DNA from: Octopus vulgaris
Taxonomy: Eukaryota
Direction of reading: 5' to 3'
DNA length: 64,000 nucleotides
Assembly: GCA_951406725.2 (NCBI GenBank)
Contig: OX597814.1
Location: 145,018,001-145,082,000, forward strand
Below are positions 26,655 to 41,036 of this stretch, in pieces. Each line of letters begins with the position of its first letter. The first letter of the stretch is position 1. The translations under genes were made by a program, and so were the position numbers. The notes under the pieces were generated by a model. It was not told where the DNA came from, did not search any database, and saw only the letters and a list, made by a program, of their open reading frames with translations.

Positions 26655-27741
26655 TGTGTGTATGTATGTATATTTATTTAAATAGAGACTTATAAACACC
26701 TGTAGATACAAAGAATGTATGTGTGTGTGTGTGTATACAAGACCAAAATATAAAAATATATATGTACATACACATAACTTCACTCACTCTCTTAAACGCA
26801 TATATGAGAAACTATGCTATTTCGTTATTTACCAAAAACATCGGCATTAAATTTCTATCTTCTCATTTCTTATTTCCTCTGACTAAATATTTAAAAAGCT
26901 GGAGATAAAATAAACAATATACTTTATGATGTTATGGATAAATCTTTGAGCATAGTGTATTTTATTTTCGTCTTACCTTCTCGTCCTAGCTAAAATTGAG
27001 ATTAGATATAAAATATAAATTCTACTTCTCATTACAACCGCCATATTAAATTGATGGTCTAAACGTCGCCTTCTTGTAATAATCTTTATATAAAGCTGTG
27101 AATCTTTTCAACAGAAGGCAGCATATTTAGATATTTAATCTATTAATATGAAGTCCGTTTTGTGTAATCCTATTGCAGATTGGAGAAAATCCTCGATGGC
27201 GACATTTTTCTTGAATAGATTTAGTCTGAAGACAATGATAGAAGCTTTGGTTACAACTCTTATAACGCATAAACTGATTGAGCAATTTCTTTCACAAGCA
27301 CAAGAATCAGAGATTTTAGAAGCGTGAAAATTTGTTCTGATGTTAATTCCTTTACCATTAGTATTAGATCTAGTAATTTGTGCGTGGTTAACATGATTTC
27401 AGGTTCGGTTCCCCTGCATGTTGGACACATATCGCAAATATATCACAAACGATGTAATATACGTTACAACTTTGAAGTAGAAAAGAATTTGAACATTTCA
27501 GTGGAAACAGTCACGAACAGATGAAATGTCAACCAGCTTAAAAGATAAGCTTAGTGAGAGAGGAATGCGACTAGGAAATAGCGTGGAGGTTACGAGTGTT
27601 AGTAGAAGGATAACATTAAAACTGAGTAGAAAAAATGGATCAGCAACAGATCTGAAAAACTCTGAGAGGAGCAGTGTGTATACGTATCTCACTATATACA
27701 TCTAGGTATATATATGTGAGTGTGTGTGTGTGTGTGTATAC

Positions 27742-27778
<37 letters not shown>

Positions 27779-27795
27779 TGTACATATATATATAA

Positions 27796-27869
<74 letters not shown>

Positions 27870-27871
<2 letters not shown>

Positions 27872-28575
27872 TCTGATCTGTCCCCTTCTCTCTCTCTCTC
27901 TACTTCTCCTTTTCTCTTTTCTTGCCTCTGATTCTTTGGTCTACTCTTCCCCCACTCTCTCACATTTCTCTGTCCTCACTTTGCACTCACAAGCCAATCC
28001 TTGGCATGCACTCTTTCTTCTCCCCTCTTTAATTCCTTCTTTCTCTCTTTTCTCCCCCTTTGTTGCCTTCGTCCCTCTTTTTCTCTCTCTCTTTGTTTCC
28101 TTTGCCCCCTTTCTTTTCTCTCTCTTCTCTCACGTGACTGCTGGTCAAATCAGCCCTTTTGGCCTCCGACCACTGTCGTGAGAACATCGTTGTCTTCGTC
28201 TGCCGATAAAGGCATTTTTTCCAAATACGCCAGCTAAGCTTGTTGTACTGTTTATTAGTCGTAAGACACCCGCTGTTTTTGTCCTGTTTTTACTATTATT
28301 ATTTTTTGTATTTTATATTCGTGTGGCATCGTCCGTTTTTCTGTCCCTGTTTCGTATACATTCGATCCTTCTTCCAAGAAATCTAATGCTCATAGCTTAG
28401 TTTTTCCTTGGGGCTGGCCGGATCGGAGCGATCTCAAGATTAATCAGCCGAAATTGCTAGGATGATCCGGTTCTTGACTGAAGATTGAAGGCTTCGAATG
28501 TCCCGTCCGTGTTTTTTGTATCGTCTCCTAAATGTCTTACGTTCTTGTCCCAGTTTGTATTTTTCTACATATAAT
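27870..28575. repeat. Unclassified pyrimidine-rich element between (TA)n tracts
   Basis: Bounded by TA tracts. Its end ACGTTCTTGTCCCA..TGTATTTTT..ACATAT also occurs alone at 9507-9547. Confidence 0.4.
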
Positions 28576-30389
28576 ATATATTTATATATATATACCTACA
28601 TACATATATGTATACACACACACACACACACATACACATATATATTTATATATATATATAGATAGATAGACATATATATGTGGATATATATATGTATGTG
28701 CACATCTATGTACAGCATCCCCTTTATATGTACATCTTATGTTCATCTTTGAATTACACTAGAACTTTCACTTCATTCAACATTTATCAGCCAGCCCGCT
28801 GTGAAGGAAGGAGCGGAAAGGGAAGCCTTGCCGAGATTTCGATCCCTTAAACTTTTTCATTCGCTTATTGTGCATCTTGGCTCATTTTCTCATTGTACTT
28901 GCTATGAATCTTATCAGTGGTCTATAATTCTGTTTGACCTTTTTGACATTCGTGTTAAGGAGCTTCTGCTTAACACGGGAGCAGTTAGAGTTCAATTAGA
29001 AATGTGTACTGGTTACTACCTCTATCACCATCGCTCCGCTAAAATACTTTGTAACTATTACACAATAGTAACTAATAACAAAGAAACACGCTCGTAACTA
29101 TCCACCTACATATATCTACACATATTGTAGAATATGTACTTGCATCGGTATAAAGATTCAATATAAATTTTTGCAAACGTTTTGTAAATAAACGCTTACA
29201 TTTACATATTCTTTAAAAGCCTTTTTACATACACCTAAATAAAAGATGAGATGGTCACGGATAAAATGTGTTTAACTTAGATCTGTTCAATCATTGGTTG
29301 ACCAGGGGATAAATAACATCAGTAAAAAACGGATCCTACTGTTCCCAATGCAAGTTTTCTGATAGTATAGTATTTTAACAACTCAGAACTGATATGAAAA
29401 GATATCCAGGAATAGCACAAAAACGTTGGCGTGACAATATTGTGAGATATAACTCTGCATACATTAGGCACAGTTATACAAGACCAAAATATAAAAATAT
29501 GTACAATGATCGATATGCCATGTCCTTTAGACAAACATATTGATCAAAGAAACTCAAAAGATTCTCAAAATATAATATTTGCAAATAGAGCTAGGAAGGA
29601 TTTCAGGGAAATGATATTACTTTAGTCACGTAAGCAATAGGAGCGCTAATGTTAAGGAAAAACATACATGATATCTATAAAAAAACAGAAAATATAATCC
29701 TAACGTTCTCCATTTAACAGTGTCCAAGTCTTAGAAAAAATTCCGCCTACCTAAACAGTCGAAAACAAACATAAATGAAAATAACAATAATCAGAATAAC
29801 ATACTATATACAAACGATGCTCATACATCACCTTTACTCGGACAAAGAGACAGTCATATGTCCTTCCTTTCTCTTCCTCCTCTTCTTTTTTTCTCCCTCT
29901 CTTTCTGTTATGCATAAGCATCTAGCACTATATTATTGGAATCAACGAGGGACTTTCTATATGGTCGCTCGAACGGCTAGAAATACCAGCAAATTCTATC
30001 TCGAATAACACTCTGTTGTCTTAAAGTAGGACGAACATTTTAAATAATTTTAACCCTGAATATACTCCTAAAACTAGTACAGGGTCATAGCTGAAACGCT
30101 TCTAATCATTATCATAATTGACTAAGGCAGGTTGCGGTTAAGGAACGTAAACAGTTAATTTCGAATGCGATTAAAGGTGGGAATTAATTGGGTTGGTGAA
30201 CTAATGAGAGAGCCCACAAGCTAAAAGGTGAAACTGCTGGACGTAAAATCGTATTATTTTTTGGGTAGGTTTTACCCCTCGTACCCTTGACATCATATTA
30301 TCATCAATCGCAGTAGACAAATACTGGGTAAGATTCATTCAATTAATATTTCTCAATAGGAAATTTGTAGCCTTGTGTAAGGTAATCAG

Positions 30390-30880
30390 TACATGGCCAC
30401 TACGACAAAGACGATGACGACAGTGATCCCCGCCACCACCACACCATCACCACAACAACGAAGACAATCATAAGCATCTTCACCGTACGCCATCTGCATA
30501 ACCAGTACCAATGTTATCACAATCTCCACTTTTACACTTAATATTATTACCACCATTATCAACACCATCGCTACCATCAAAATTGATATTCCTACCCCCA
30601 GCACTGCTAACCATGCAGCTACTACCACTACCCCACCCCCACATTATTCCCACGACCAGGACTTCTATCTCTTTTAACATTCCATCACCACTATAATCAC
30701 CACCACCTCTACGATTCCCACCAACCCTATAGTACAATCGTAACCATCACCACCACCATCAATACAATTAAAATCCTCACTGGCAGCGCTACCCACGCCT
30801 ACCACTTCCACCATCACCACTACTACTACTAGCACCGCCACCACTACCATCACCATCAATTACACCAGCAATAACAATGA
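30390..30880. repeat. Degenerate (CCA/CTA/ATC)n low-complexity tract
   Basis: Directly visible. Confidence 0.8.
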
Positions 30881-31166
30881 GGTCAATAATGAAACAACGG
30901 AGGTTCTATATGGTCGGCCCATCTGCTAGAAATCTTCAGATAAGAGATTATTGCTTTAAGAAAGAAATGAATAACATATTTTAAGTAGTTTATTAGAGGC
31001 GTAGAAGTAGCTGTGTGGTAAGTATCTTGCTTACCAACCACATGGTTCCGGGTTCAGTCCTACGGCGTGGCATCTTGGGCAAGTGTCTTCTACTATAGCC
31101 TCGGGCCGACCAAAGCCTTGTGAGTGGATTTTGTAAACGGAAACTGAAAGAAGCTCGTCGTATATA

Positions 31167-31197
<31 letters not shown>

Positions 31198-31283
31198 ATT
31201 AGAGACAAAACCACTATTTTGCAAAACAAACAAGGAAAGACTTAATCAATACATAAAATTTTAATAAAAAGTCAAAAAAACCG

Positions 31284-31326
31284 CCACTACAGTTGTTTCT
31301 TGTCTTGATCGACAATCTTCAGGTGG
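31284..31326 (-). ncRNA. Minimal type I hammerhead ribozyme (mirror copy)
   Basis: Minus strand reads CCAC CTGAAGA TTGTC-GATCAA-GACAA GAAA CAACTG TA GTGG. Confidence 0.7.
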
Positions 31327-34300
31327 ACTTCCAATCTAAAATATCAATATTTTAAAATATAAAAATAATAATTTTAAAATAATTAAAGTATTAATGAAAA
31401 AATATAAATATATAATCTATTTATAACCTATATATAATCCATATATAATCAATATATAAACAATATGTAAACTAAAATAAACCTATCAACAATTAAATAT
31501 AAAATATAAAATATAAAATATAAAATATAAAATATAAAACAAAACAAAAAATAAACTATATATACACCCATACACATATAACTAATTATATATAACCATA
31601 TCTAAATACATACACTAAATCACACACCTATATATATATCCCTATACATACACATAAAAACGTCTAGGCAACGATAAATAAATAAAATAGCTAAATACTT
31701 CAACACAATACTTATTCATACTCCCTCACACACACATACAACCCACATTCCCGCTCTAGAAACGGACATCACTTAAAATTATGAACGGAGAAATGGAATA
31801 AATGGAATTAAAAATTATATTCACTTGGTAAAACGAACACTACTTAAAAATTATGAATGAAATAATGCAATAAAACAACAGACATCGCAAATAGACACAA
31901 ATTACTACGAATTCCTTAACAAAACTACCATGATAAACCAAAACTCATAAAAACATATAATGATAAAATCTCCCTTTACTAAACTCTATAACATACCTAT
32001 ATAGCAATCCCCCTAACCTAAACATTCACACACAAATACACACACGTAAACCACACACCCACGACATATACAAATACCCACCCCACTTACACATACCTAT
32101 ACATACATATAAACCTCAACATATACTCCAAAAACCCACTCAACCCCACACAGACAAATAAACACATACATCCCCAAACCTAAATAGCAAACCCATAAAC
32201 ACATTCACACACAAATATACATACGTAAAACACACACCATATACATATACATACTCACCAAACTCGATATATACAACAATATTAACACACCCACATTCAT
32301 ACAGATAAACAAACTACACAACCAAAATACGCACACACTCACACACAATCCCACATACATAAACACTCCAAAGAAAAACAAACATTATTACACATAATAC
32401 GATATATAAAATACATCGTAAGTAACCAGAATATCAAAAATAACAATATGACATAAGGAGAAATAATATACATACTTTCAAGTCAGTTTCAAATTATGAA
32501 GTGAAATTAAATTCTAATCCTTTAAAACCATCAAACCAAATTACGTTACCATAGGAACATAACTTATGTATAAAAAGAATACGCGCTATGGAAGCAAACC
32601 TCACTTAAAATTATGAATGGAGAAATAGAATAAATGGAATTAAAAATTATATACACGCGGTAAACCAACATTATTTTAAAAAATTATGAATGGATTCTTT
32701 TATAAAACTACCATGATAAACTAAAACTCACAAAAACATAAATGATAAAACCTCCCTTTACTAAACCCTATAACATACTTATATAGCAATCCCTTTAACC
32801 TATACATTCACACACAAATACACACAATTGTTTGTTAGAGCTGCAAGGATGAATTAAAGCTCATAAATGCATATAATAATTCATCATGGTAGTTTTATTA
32901 AAGAATCCATTCATAATAATTTTTTTAAGTAGTGTTGGTTTGCCACGTGGATATAGTTTTTAGTTCCATTTATTCTATTTCTCCATTCATAATTTTAAAT
33001 GACGTTTGCTTTCCATGGCGCGTATTCTTTTTATACATAAGTTATGTTTCTATGGTAACGTAAGTTTGGTTTGATTTTTTTAACGGCTTAGAATTTAATT
33101 TCACTTCATAATTTGAAACTGACTTGTAAGTATGTATTTTATTTCTCCTTATGTCATATTGTTATTTTTGATATTCTGGTTAATTACGATGTATTTAATG
33201 TTGTTTTTATTGGAGTGTTTATGTATGTGAGATTGTGTGTGAGTGTGTGCGTTTTTTAGTTGTATAATTTATTTATCTGTATGAGTGTGGGTGTGTAAAT
33301 ATTGTTGTATATATCGAGTTTAGTGAGTATGTATATGCGTATATGTGAGGGAGTATATGTATCTGTTGTGTGTGTGTGTTTTGCGTGTGTGTGTGTTTGT
33401 GTGTGAATGTGTATATGGGTTTGTTATATAGGTTTGGGGATGTATGTGTTAATTTGTCTGTGTGGGAGGGAGTGGGTTTTTGGTGTATATTGAGGTTTAT
33501 AAGTTAGTATAGGTATGTGTGAGTGAGGTAGGTATTTGTATAAGTCGTGGATCTGTGGTTTACGTGTGTGTATTTGTGTGTGAATGTTTAGGTTAGGGGG
33601 ATTGCTATATAGGTTTGTTATAGAGTTTAGCAAAGGGAGATTTTATCGTTATATGTTTTTATGAGTTTTGGTTTATCATGGTTTTTTTAGGGAATTCGTG
33701 GTAATTTGTCTATTTACGATGTTTGTTGTTTTATTACATTGTTTCATTCATAATTTTTGAGTGGTGTTCGTTTTGCCACGTGAATATTATTTTTAATTCC
33801 ATTTATTCCATTTCTCCATTCATAATTTTAAAAGATGTTCGTTTCCAGAGCGGGAATACTTTTTATACATATGTTAAGTTCCTTGGTAACGTAATTTTGT
33901 TTGGTGTATATGTTGAGGCTTATATGTACTTGTGGGTGTGTGTGAGTGGGGTGGGTGTTTGTATTTGTTATGGGTGTGTGGTTTACGTGTGTGTATTTGT
34001 GTGTGAATGTATAGGTTAAAGGGATTGCTATATAAGTATGTTATAGGGTTTAGTAAAGGGAGGTTTTATCATTTATGTTTTTGTGAGTTTTAGTTTATCA
34101 TGGTAGTTTTATAAAAGAATCCATTCATAATTTTTAAAATAATGTTGGTTTACCGCGTGTATATAATTTTTAATTCCATTTATTCTATTTCTCCATTCAT
34201 AATTTTAAGTGAGGTTTGCTTCCATAGCGCGTATTCTTTTTATACATAAGTTATGTTCCTATGGTAACGTAATTTGGTTTGATGGTTTTAAAGGATTAGA

Positions 34301-35486
34301 ATTTAATTTCACTTCATAATTTGAAACTGACTTGAAAGTATGTATATTATTTCTCCTTATGTCATATTGTTATTTTTGATATTCTGGTTACTTACGATGT
34401 ATTTTATATATCGTATTATGTGTAATAATGTTTGTTTTTCTTTGGAGTGTTTATGTATGTGGGATTGTGTGTGAGTGTGTGCGTATTTTGGTTGTGTAGT
34501 TTGTTTATCTGTATGAATGTGGGTGTGTTAATATTGTTGTATATATCGAGTTTGGTGAGTATGTATATGTATATGGTGTGTGTTTTACGTATGTATATTT
34601 GTGTGTGAATGTGTTTATGGGTTTGCTATTTAGGTTTGGGGATGTATGTGTTTATTTGTCTGTGTGGGGTTGAGTGGGTTTTTGGAGTATATGTTGAGGT
34701 TTATATGTATGTATAGGTATGTGTAAGTGGGGTGGGTATTTGTATATGTCGTGGGTGTGTGGTTTACGTGTGTGTATTTGTGTGTGAATGTTTAGGTTAG
34801 GGGGATTGCTATATAGGTATGTTATAGAGTTTAGTAAAGGGAGATTTTATCATTATATGTTTTTATGAGTTTTGGTTTATCATGGTAGTTTTGTTAAGGA
34901 ATTCGTAGTAATTTGTGTCTATTTGCGATGTCTGTTGTTTTATTGCATTATTTCATTCATAATTTTTAAGTAGTGTTCGTTTTACCAAGTGAATATAATT
35001 TTTAATTCCATTTATTCCATTTCTCCGTTCATAATTTTAAGTGATGTCCGTTTCTAGAGCGGGAATGTGGGTTGTATGTGTGTGTGAGGGAGTATGAATA
35101 AGTATTGTGTTGAAGTATTTAGCTATTTTATTTATTTATCGTTGCCTAGACGTTTTTATGTGTATGTATAGGGATATATATATAGGTGTGTGATTTAGTG
35201 TATGTATTTAGATATGGTTATATATAATTAGTTATATGTGTATGGGTGTATATATAGTTTATTTTTTGTTTTGTTTTATATTTTATATTTTATATTTTAT
35301 ATTTTATATTTTATATTTAATTGTTGATAGGTTTATTTTAGTTTACATATTGTTTATATATTGATTATATATGGATTATATATAGGTTATAAATAGATTA
35401 TATATTTATATTTTTTCATTAATACTTTAATTATTTTAAAATTATTATTTTTATATTTTAAAATATTGATATTTTAGATTGGAAGT

Positions 35487-35529
35487 CCACCTGAAGATTG
35501 TCGATCAAGACAAGAAACAATTGTAGTGG
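35487..35529 (+). ncRNA. Minimal type I hammerhead ribozyme
   Basis: CCAC CTGAAGA TTGTC-GATCAA-GACAA GAAA CAATTG TA GTGG. Complete CUGANGA/GAAA/UH core, 4 bp stem I, 5 bp stem II, palindromic stem III ACAATTGT, GUA site. Confidence 0.8.
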
Positions 35530-35699
35530 CGGTTTTTTTGACTTTTTATTAAAATTTTATGTATTGATTAAGTCTTTCCTTGTTTGTTTTGCAAAATAGT
35601 GGTTTTGTCTCTAATAATATTATATAATATTTTACTATAAAATTGGATTTAATCCTAAATCTGATTTTTTCCCTGTAAATTTGGATTTATTCCCTAATA

Positions 35700-35750
<51 letters not shown>

Positions 35751-36292
35751 TGTGTGTGTGTGTGCGTATGTGTGTGTGTGTGTCTGTTTGTCCCCACCCC
35801 CAACATCGCTTGACAACCGTTGGTGGTGTGTCCCCGTAACTTAGCGATTCGGCAAAATAGACCGATAGAATAAGTACTAGGCATCCAAAAATAAGTCCTG
35901 GGGTCGATTTGCTCGACTAAAGGCGATGCTCCAGCATGGCCAAAGTCAAATGACTGAAACAAGTAAGTAAAAGAAAGTGGAATGGATGTGGCTGGAACGC
36001 TTTTACCTTATGTCTGCTTCATCAAAAAGCTGACCTAGACATAAAGGACACAACAATAGAAATAATATCAAAAACTTAAATTACAAAATTAGAAAATGGA
36101 AGGCACTTTGGATAATGTGAACCTAAATACTATACTATCCCTGAAAAATTAGATGGATGGTCAAGGATAGATCATTGCTTAATGTGATCAAAACTGAATT
36201 TTTATCGCCTTATCGTTAAATGATTTTTCTTCATTTGTGGTGGTGATATCATTGAATCGAAGAACGTACAGTTAATTGCAGGTATTTAATTT

Positions 36293-37685
36293 GGATCCAG
36301 GCACAAAGTCTCAGGAAAACATCACATGAATTAAATAGTATAGGAAAAATTAAATGGTATTGGAAAAATTAAATAGTATAGGAAATTGAATAGTATATCT
36401 GTCGTTCCAAAAAAAAAAAAAAAAAGAAGAAAGAAAATATCACAAACAAGTACTAAAAATCGTGAAAGAAAATTATGCAGGAAACATGCGTGTAAAAAAT
36501 AAACGAAAAATATTGAAAAAGTCGTTGAAACATGACTAAAAAGGTCACGCAAAAAGTCACACAAATATGTCGTTTAAAGTAGTCGCGAAAAAGGTCAACT
36601 ATAAAGTCACTGAAAGTAGTCACAGAAGAGTGCTATTGAAAAATTTACTAAGAAAACATAGGGGTTATAGATTCACCGAAAAAGAGTAATTGAAAAATGC
36701 TACAAGAAGACTTGACACCGAAAAATGTCACCGAGAAGAAAATCACTGGGTGACTGGCAATGATAACAAGAAAACATTAAACAGAAAATTTTATAGAAAA
36801 TTTGTCATTGAAAAATTCACAGTAAAATGTCACTGGTAAAAAAAAAGAAAAGAGAAGAGAAGTCACTGGAGAAAATCACAAGAAATAATCCTTAAAAAAA
36901 TTAACAGGAAAATGTGACAGAAAAAGTCACGAAACTCAATGAGAAATATCGCTGAAATAATCGTATGAAATAGTGTTACAAGAACAATTAAAAAGAAATA
37001 GTATCTGAAAAGTGGTTGGAAATAAAGCTTAACAAATTAAAGACATAATCCACTAGAACTTCTCAAGTAAAGAAAAATATCACAGAAGGAATCAAAAGAT
37101 AAAAGTCACAGAAAAATTGACGTTTCTTACAAATGGCACATTATAAAAGTCACAGGAGAAAATCAGAGTAAAAATTATCTGGAGACAGGTTAAAAACCAC
37201 AGAAACAGTCTTAGGAAAAGTCACGGATAATGTCAGAAAAATAAAAGTGACTGAAACGTGTTACAGACTAAAGTCACTTCGAGAAATCACCAGGGAATAA
37301 GTCGCTGAATGACTGCTGATAGAAAGCACATTTAGAAAGAAAAATTCACTGGAAAATAAGTCACATGAGAAATTTACTTCTGAATGCAAAAGAGTTATTG
37401 GAGAAAGTTGCAAAAAAAAAAATAATAATAATAGTTAAATACACAAATGTCATTGAAGAAAAAATATCCCAGGGTAAATGTGACGCGAAATTGGAAAAGA
37501 AAAATTTCCTGAAGTTTGTCACGCAGAAAATATACGGAAAAAAGCCACATAAAATTGTGCTGTAAAACGTAACAGAAATAAAAAAAAACAGCTACTAAAT
37601 AAAATTACTGAAAGCAGGTACGGGATAAAGTCATAGCAAAATGATAATGTAAAAAGTAAGGGAAAAGGATCACAGAAAAACTTCA
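36293..37685 (+). repeat. Degenerate tandem array of AAAAGTCAC(A/T)GA-like units
   Basis: GTCAC or ATCAC after an A-run recurs dozens of times; the array starts GGATCCAGGCACAAAGTC. Related units occur at 15005-15180. Confidence 0.7.
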
Positions 37686-37711
37686 ATAAAAACTGATTAT
37701 ATATATATATA

Positions 37712-38207
37712 TACTCTTTTACTTGTTTCAGTCATTTGACTGTGGCCATGCTGAAGCACCGCCTTTAGTCGAGCAAATCGACCCCAGGACTTATTCTTTG
37801 GAAGCCTAGTACTTATTCTATCGGTCTCCTTTACCGAACTGCTACGTTGTCAAGCGATGTTGGTGGGGGACAAACACACACACACACAAACATATATACA
37901 CACATATATATATACATATATACGACGGGCTTCTTCCACCAAATCCACTTGCCCAAGACGACACTTGCCCAAGACGACACTTGCCCAAGACGACACTTGC
38001 CCAAGACGACACTTGCCCAAGACGACACTTGCCCAAGACGACACTTGCCCAAGACGACACTTGCCCAAGACGACACTTGCCCAAGACGACACTTGCCCAA
38101 GACGACACTTGCCCAAGACGACACTTGCCCAAGGTACCACGCAGTGGGACTGAACCCAGAACCATGTGGTTGGTAAGCAATCTACTTACCACACAGCCAC
38201 TCCTGCG

Positions 38208-38210
<3 letters not shown>
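37712..38210 (-). mobile_element. SINE family A with an internal 16 bp x 12 expansion
   Basis: Family A head and tail. GCCCAAG recurs every 16 bp from 37951 to 38127. Confidence 0.9.
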
Positions 38211-38261
<51 letters not shown>

Positions 38262-39221
38262 GTTCTATTTAAGGTGAATAAAGCTTGATTTTTTTAATGA
38301 CAGGGTATAAACTATGTTAAATGGGAAACGCTAGTATGAAATATATTATCATAATATAAAAAGGCATGTATTGTTAGTTAATAAGCTATTTTAAATATGA
38401 TTTATGGTTACCAAATGAAATATATAGCAATTTTCCCATAACTTTTTTCGCTATAGTGAGAATTGTGACAATTTTCTGTTTCTTTCCCCTTCGTATTGCA
38501 TTTTCCCGTTTACTTTTAATTTACTGCTTTACAATTTGGAGTCGATATGAAACGAATTTGAACTCACTGTGTTAATATTGAGAAAACTATTTTTTTTTAA
38601 AAAGAAAATGTAAATTAATATCAACATCGCAAATCCAAGGAAACGAAGGAATGGTTTAGAATATTTTTCTTTCCTTTATTTCGCTGAAACCAATTTGATG
38701 AGTATTGAATCTGGTGGTTTTATTTTACGAAAGGTTCTGTTATGTTACAAAAATCACAGCGCACGAAATAATCACGTGACGTGTTTGGTCAGAGATTATT
38801 ATTACAGTTATCGTGTGCTCATTTCTTTATCTCCTAGTCATTGTTATTCCTCTCATATCGTTCACAATATTCTTTTATCGTTGGTTAGCTTAGGAGAGAG
38901 TGAGAGAGAGAGAGAGAGATGACGGGAGAGAGAGAAATAGAAAGAGAGAGTAAAAACGAGAGGATGAGATAGAGAGAAAGAGAGAAAGAGAGAGAGAGTG
39001 GGAATCATTACTATGAACATTCAAAGACACGCACACATATTCATAAAGAACCGACATAACAGTATAACAGAAAGATACATAAACATACACACGCACACAC
39101 ATACACACGCATACACACATACACACATACACACAGGAAACCTTACACATGCACGAACATCCGCATATATAAACCAACAGTAGAGATGCGAACACATACA
39201 TACACAGACCACACACGTACA

Positions 39222-39435
<214 letters not shown>

Positions 39436-40270
39436 CCACTCTCTCTTTCTCTGTATATATATATATATATATAAAAACACTCGCGAACAAAGGTAGCAAT
39501 GCATTCAAACATGTGTATGCATACACAAGCAATCAACATACATGAAATCACACACTTTGCAAGCGTGTGTATCTATATATACATATACATACATACATAC
39601 ATACATACATACATGTATGTATGTACATATGTGTGGGTGCTGTACGCGCGCATACATAAACAGCAACACATTCAGAATGCGAGACATAAAAACAGACGCG
39701 CATGCGTATATAACACTTGCATATGAATATACAATACAATTATTCACACATGCGTATATGTGTATTTTTACAGGAACGGTATGTGCGTGTGTGAAAGTTT
39801 GAATAGATATTTTTATATGTGTATGTGTGTATATATGTATGTGATCTGCGTGTTGTTTCGTATGTGAATAACATTTAAGAAACATGCAGATATGAAACCA
39901 TGAGCACACATGTGCTTTCAAAATGTTAGATCTTTAAACACACAGGCGTTCATACATACATGCATACATACATACATACATACATACATACATACATACA
40001 TAGATACATACATACATACATACGTACATACATACATTTACATATGCATCATTACATTATTACGCCTACATTCTTATACATATTTATATAGATACACCTA
40101 CGCATATATGCACACACATATACACGTTCATATATATATACATATATGTGTGTGTATATGTGCGTGTGTGTTTACACTATTTAAATGCACGTGAATATAC
40201 ACACTAAGGAATATGGGCATATATATATATACACATAAATATACACATACATACTCACATATATACACAT

Positions 40271-40303
<33 letters not shown>

Positions 40304-40304
40304 T

Positions 40305-40350
<46 letters not shown>

Positions 40351-41036
40351 TTATGTATGTATATGTGTGTGTATGTGCGTGTGCATACGCATATTAAGCT
40401 ATCATATGTTCGCAAGCAGGCACACAAATTAGCATTTTTTCAAACACAGACAGAAAAATTACAATACAACACAAAGGAAAACAACCACACAAACATCCCC
40501 CATCCATACACATGTACACATCTTCTATCCATGCATATGTACAATCTTCATCCACACATACAGAATTGTTCGAATGATGAAGAAAAAAATGTTTGAAAAT
40601 ATAGTGGAAAAGCCAACAAATTTCAGAAGTCATTAAAAATATGCGTGCCAAACGATATCAGTCAATATCTTATAACAAATATTATGTTGTTTGAATGCTG
40701 TGAATTATTGTATTCCAAATAGAGTATAATATTTTGCAGAAAAGAGATGTTACTATGGAGCCCCCAACTCCGCAACCAAGAAAAAAAAAATGCTTTAAAA
40801 TAAAAATAAAGTACATAGAATGAGAAAAATACGAACATGAAAATGTTTAAAGAAAATGTAATTTTTCAGTCATTTTTGTCTGTATGTCAATATGTTTACG
40901 GATATTCATGGCGAGTATCGCGGAGCTAACTGTAAGCTTCCGGCAAACTAAGATCGAGTCAAGGTTTCTAATCACCGATTGAATACCCCAGTCCACTACC
41001 TATGATTGTCTTCCTAAAGAAATGCAAGTCAAATGT

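Larger units (their letters stand above)
31191..35705. mobile_element. 4.5 kb non-coding fold-back element with ~1.64 kb inverted arms, hammerhead motifs and a tail; non-autonomous Penelope-like
   Basis: 31191-32826 is almost exactly the reverse complement of 33988-35622. Spacer 32827-33987 consists of diverged copies of the same internal unit. Tail at 35627-35705, (TA)n flanks, and an A/C-rich to G/T-rich switch near 32827. Confidence 0.85.
30997..35973 (+). mobile_element. SINE family A split by a 4.5 kb insertion in its internal (TA)n (5' half 30997-31161, 3' half 35780-35973)
   Basis: The two halves join into the same order as the intact copy at 50943-51310. Confidence 0.85.

Noticed and set aside
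27050-27320. Possible L2 RT C-terminal remnant (IEALVTTLITHKL)
   Set aside because: Only one weak motif.
37946-38133. CRISPR-like regular repeat
   Set aside because: No spacers, eukaryotic context, and the unit derives from the SINE core.
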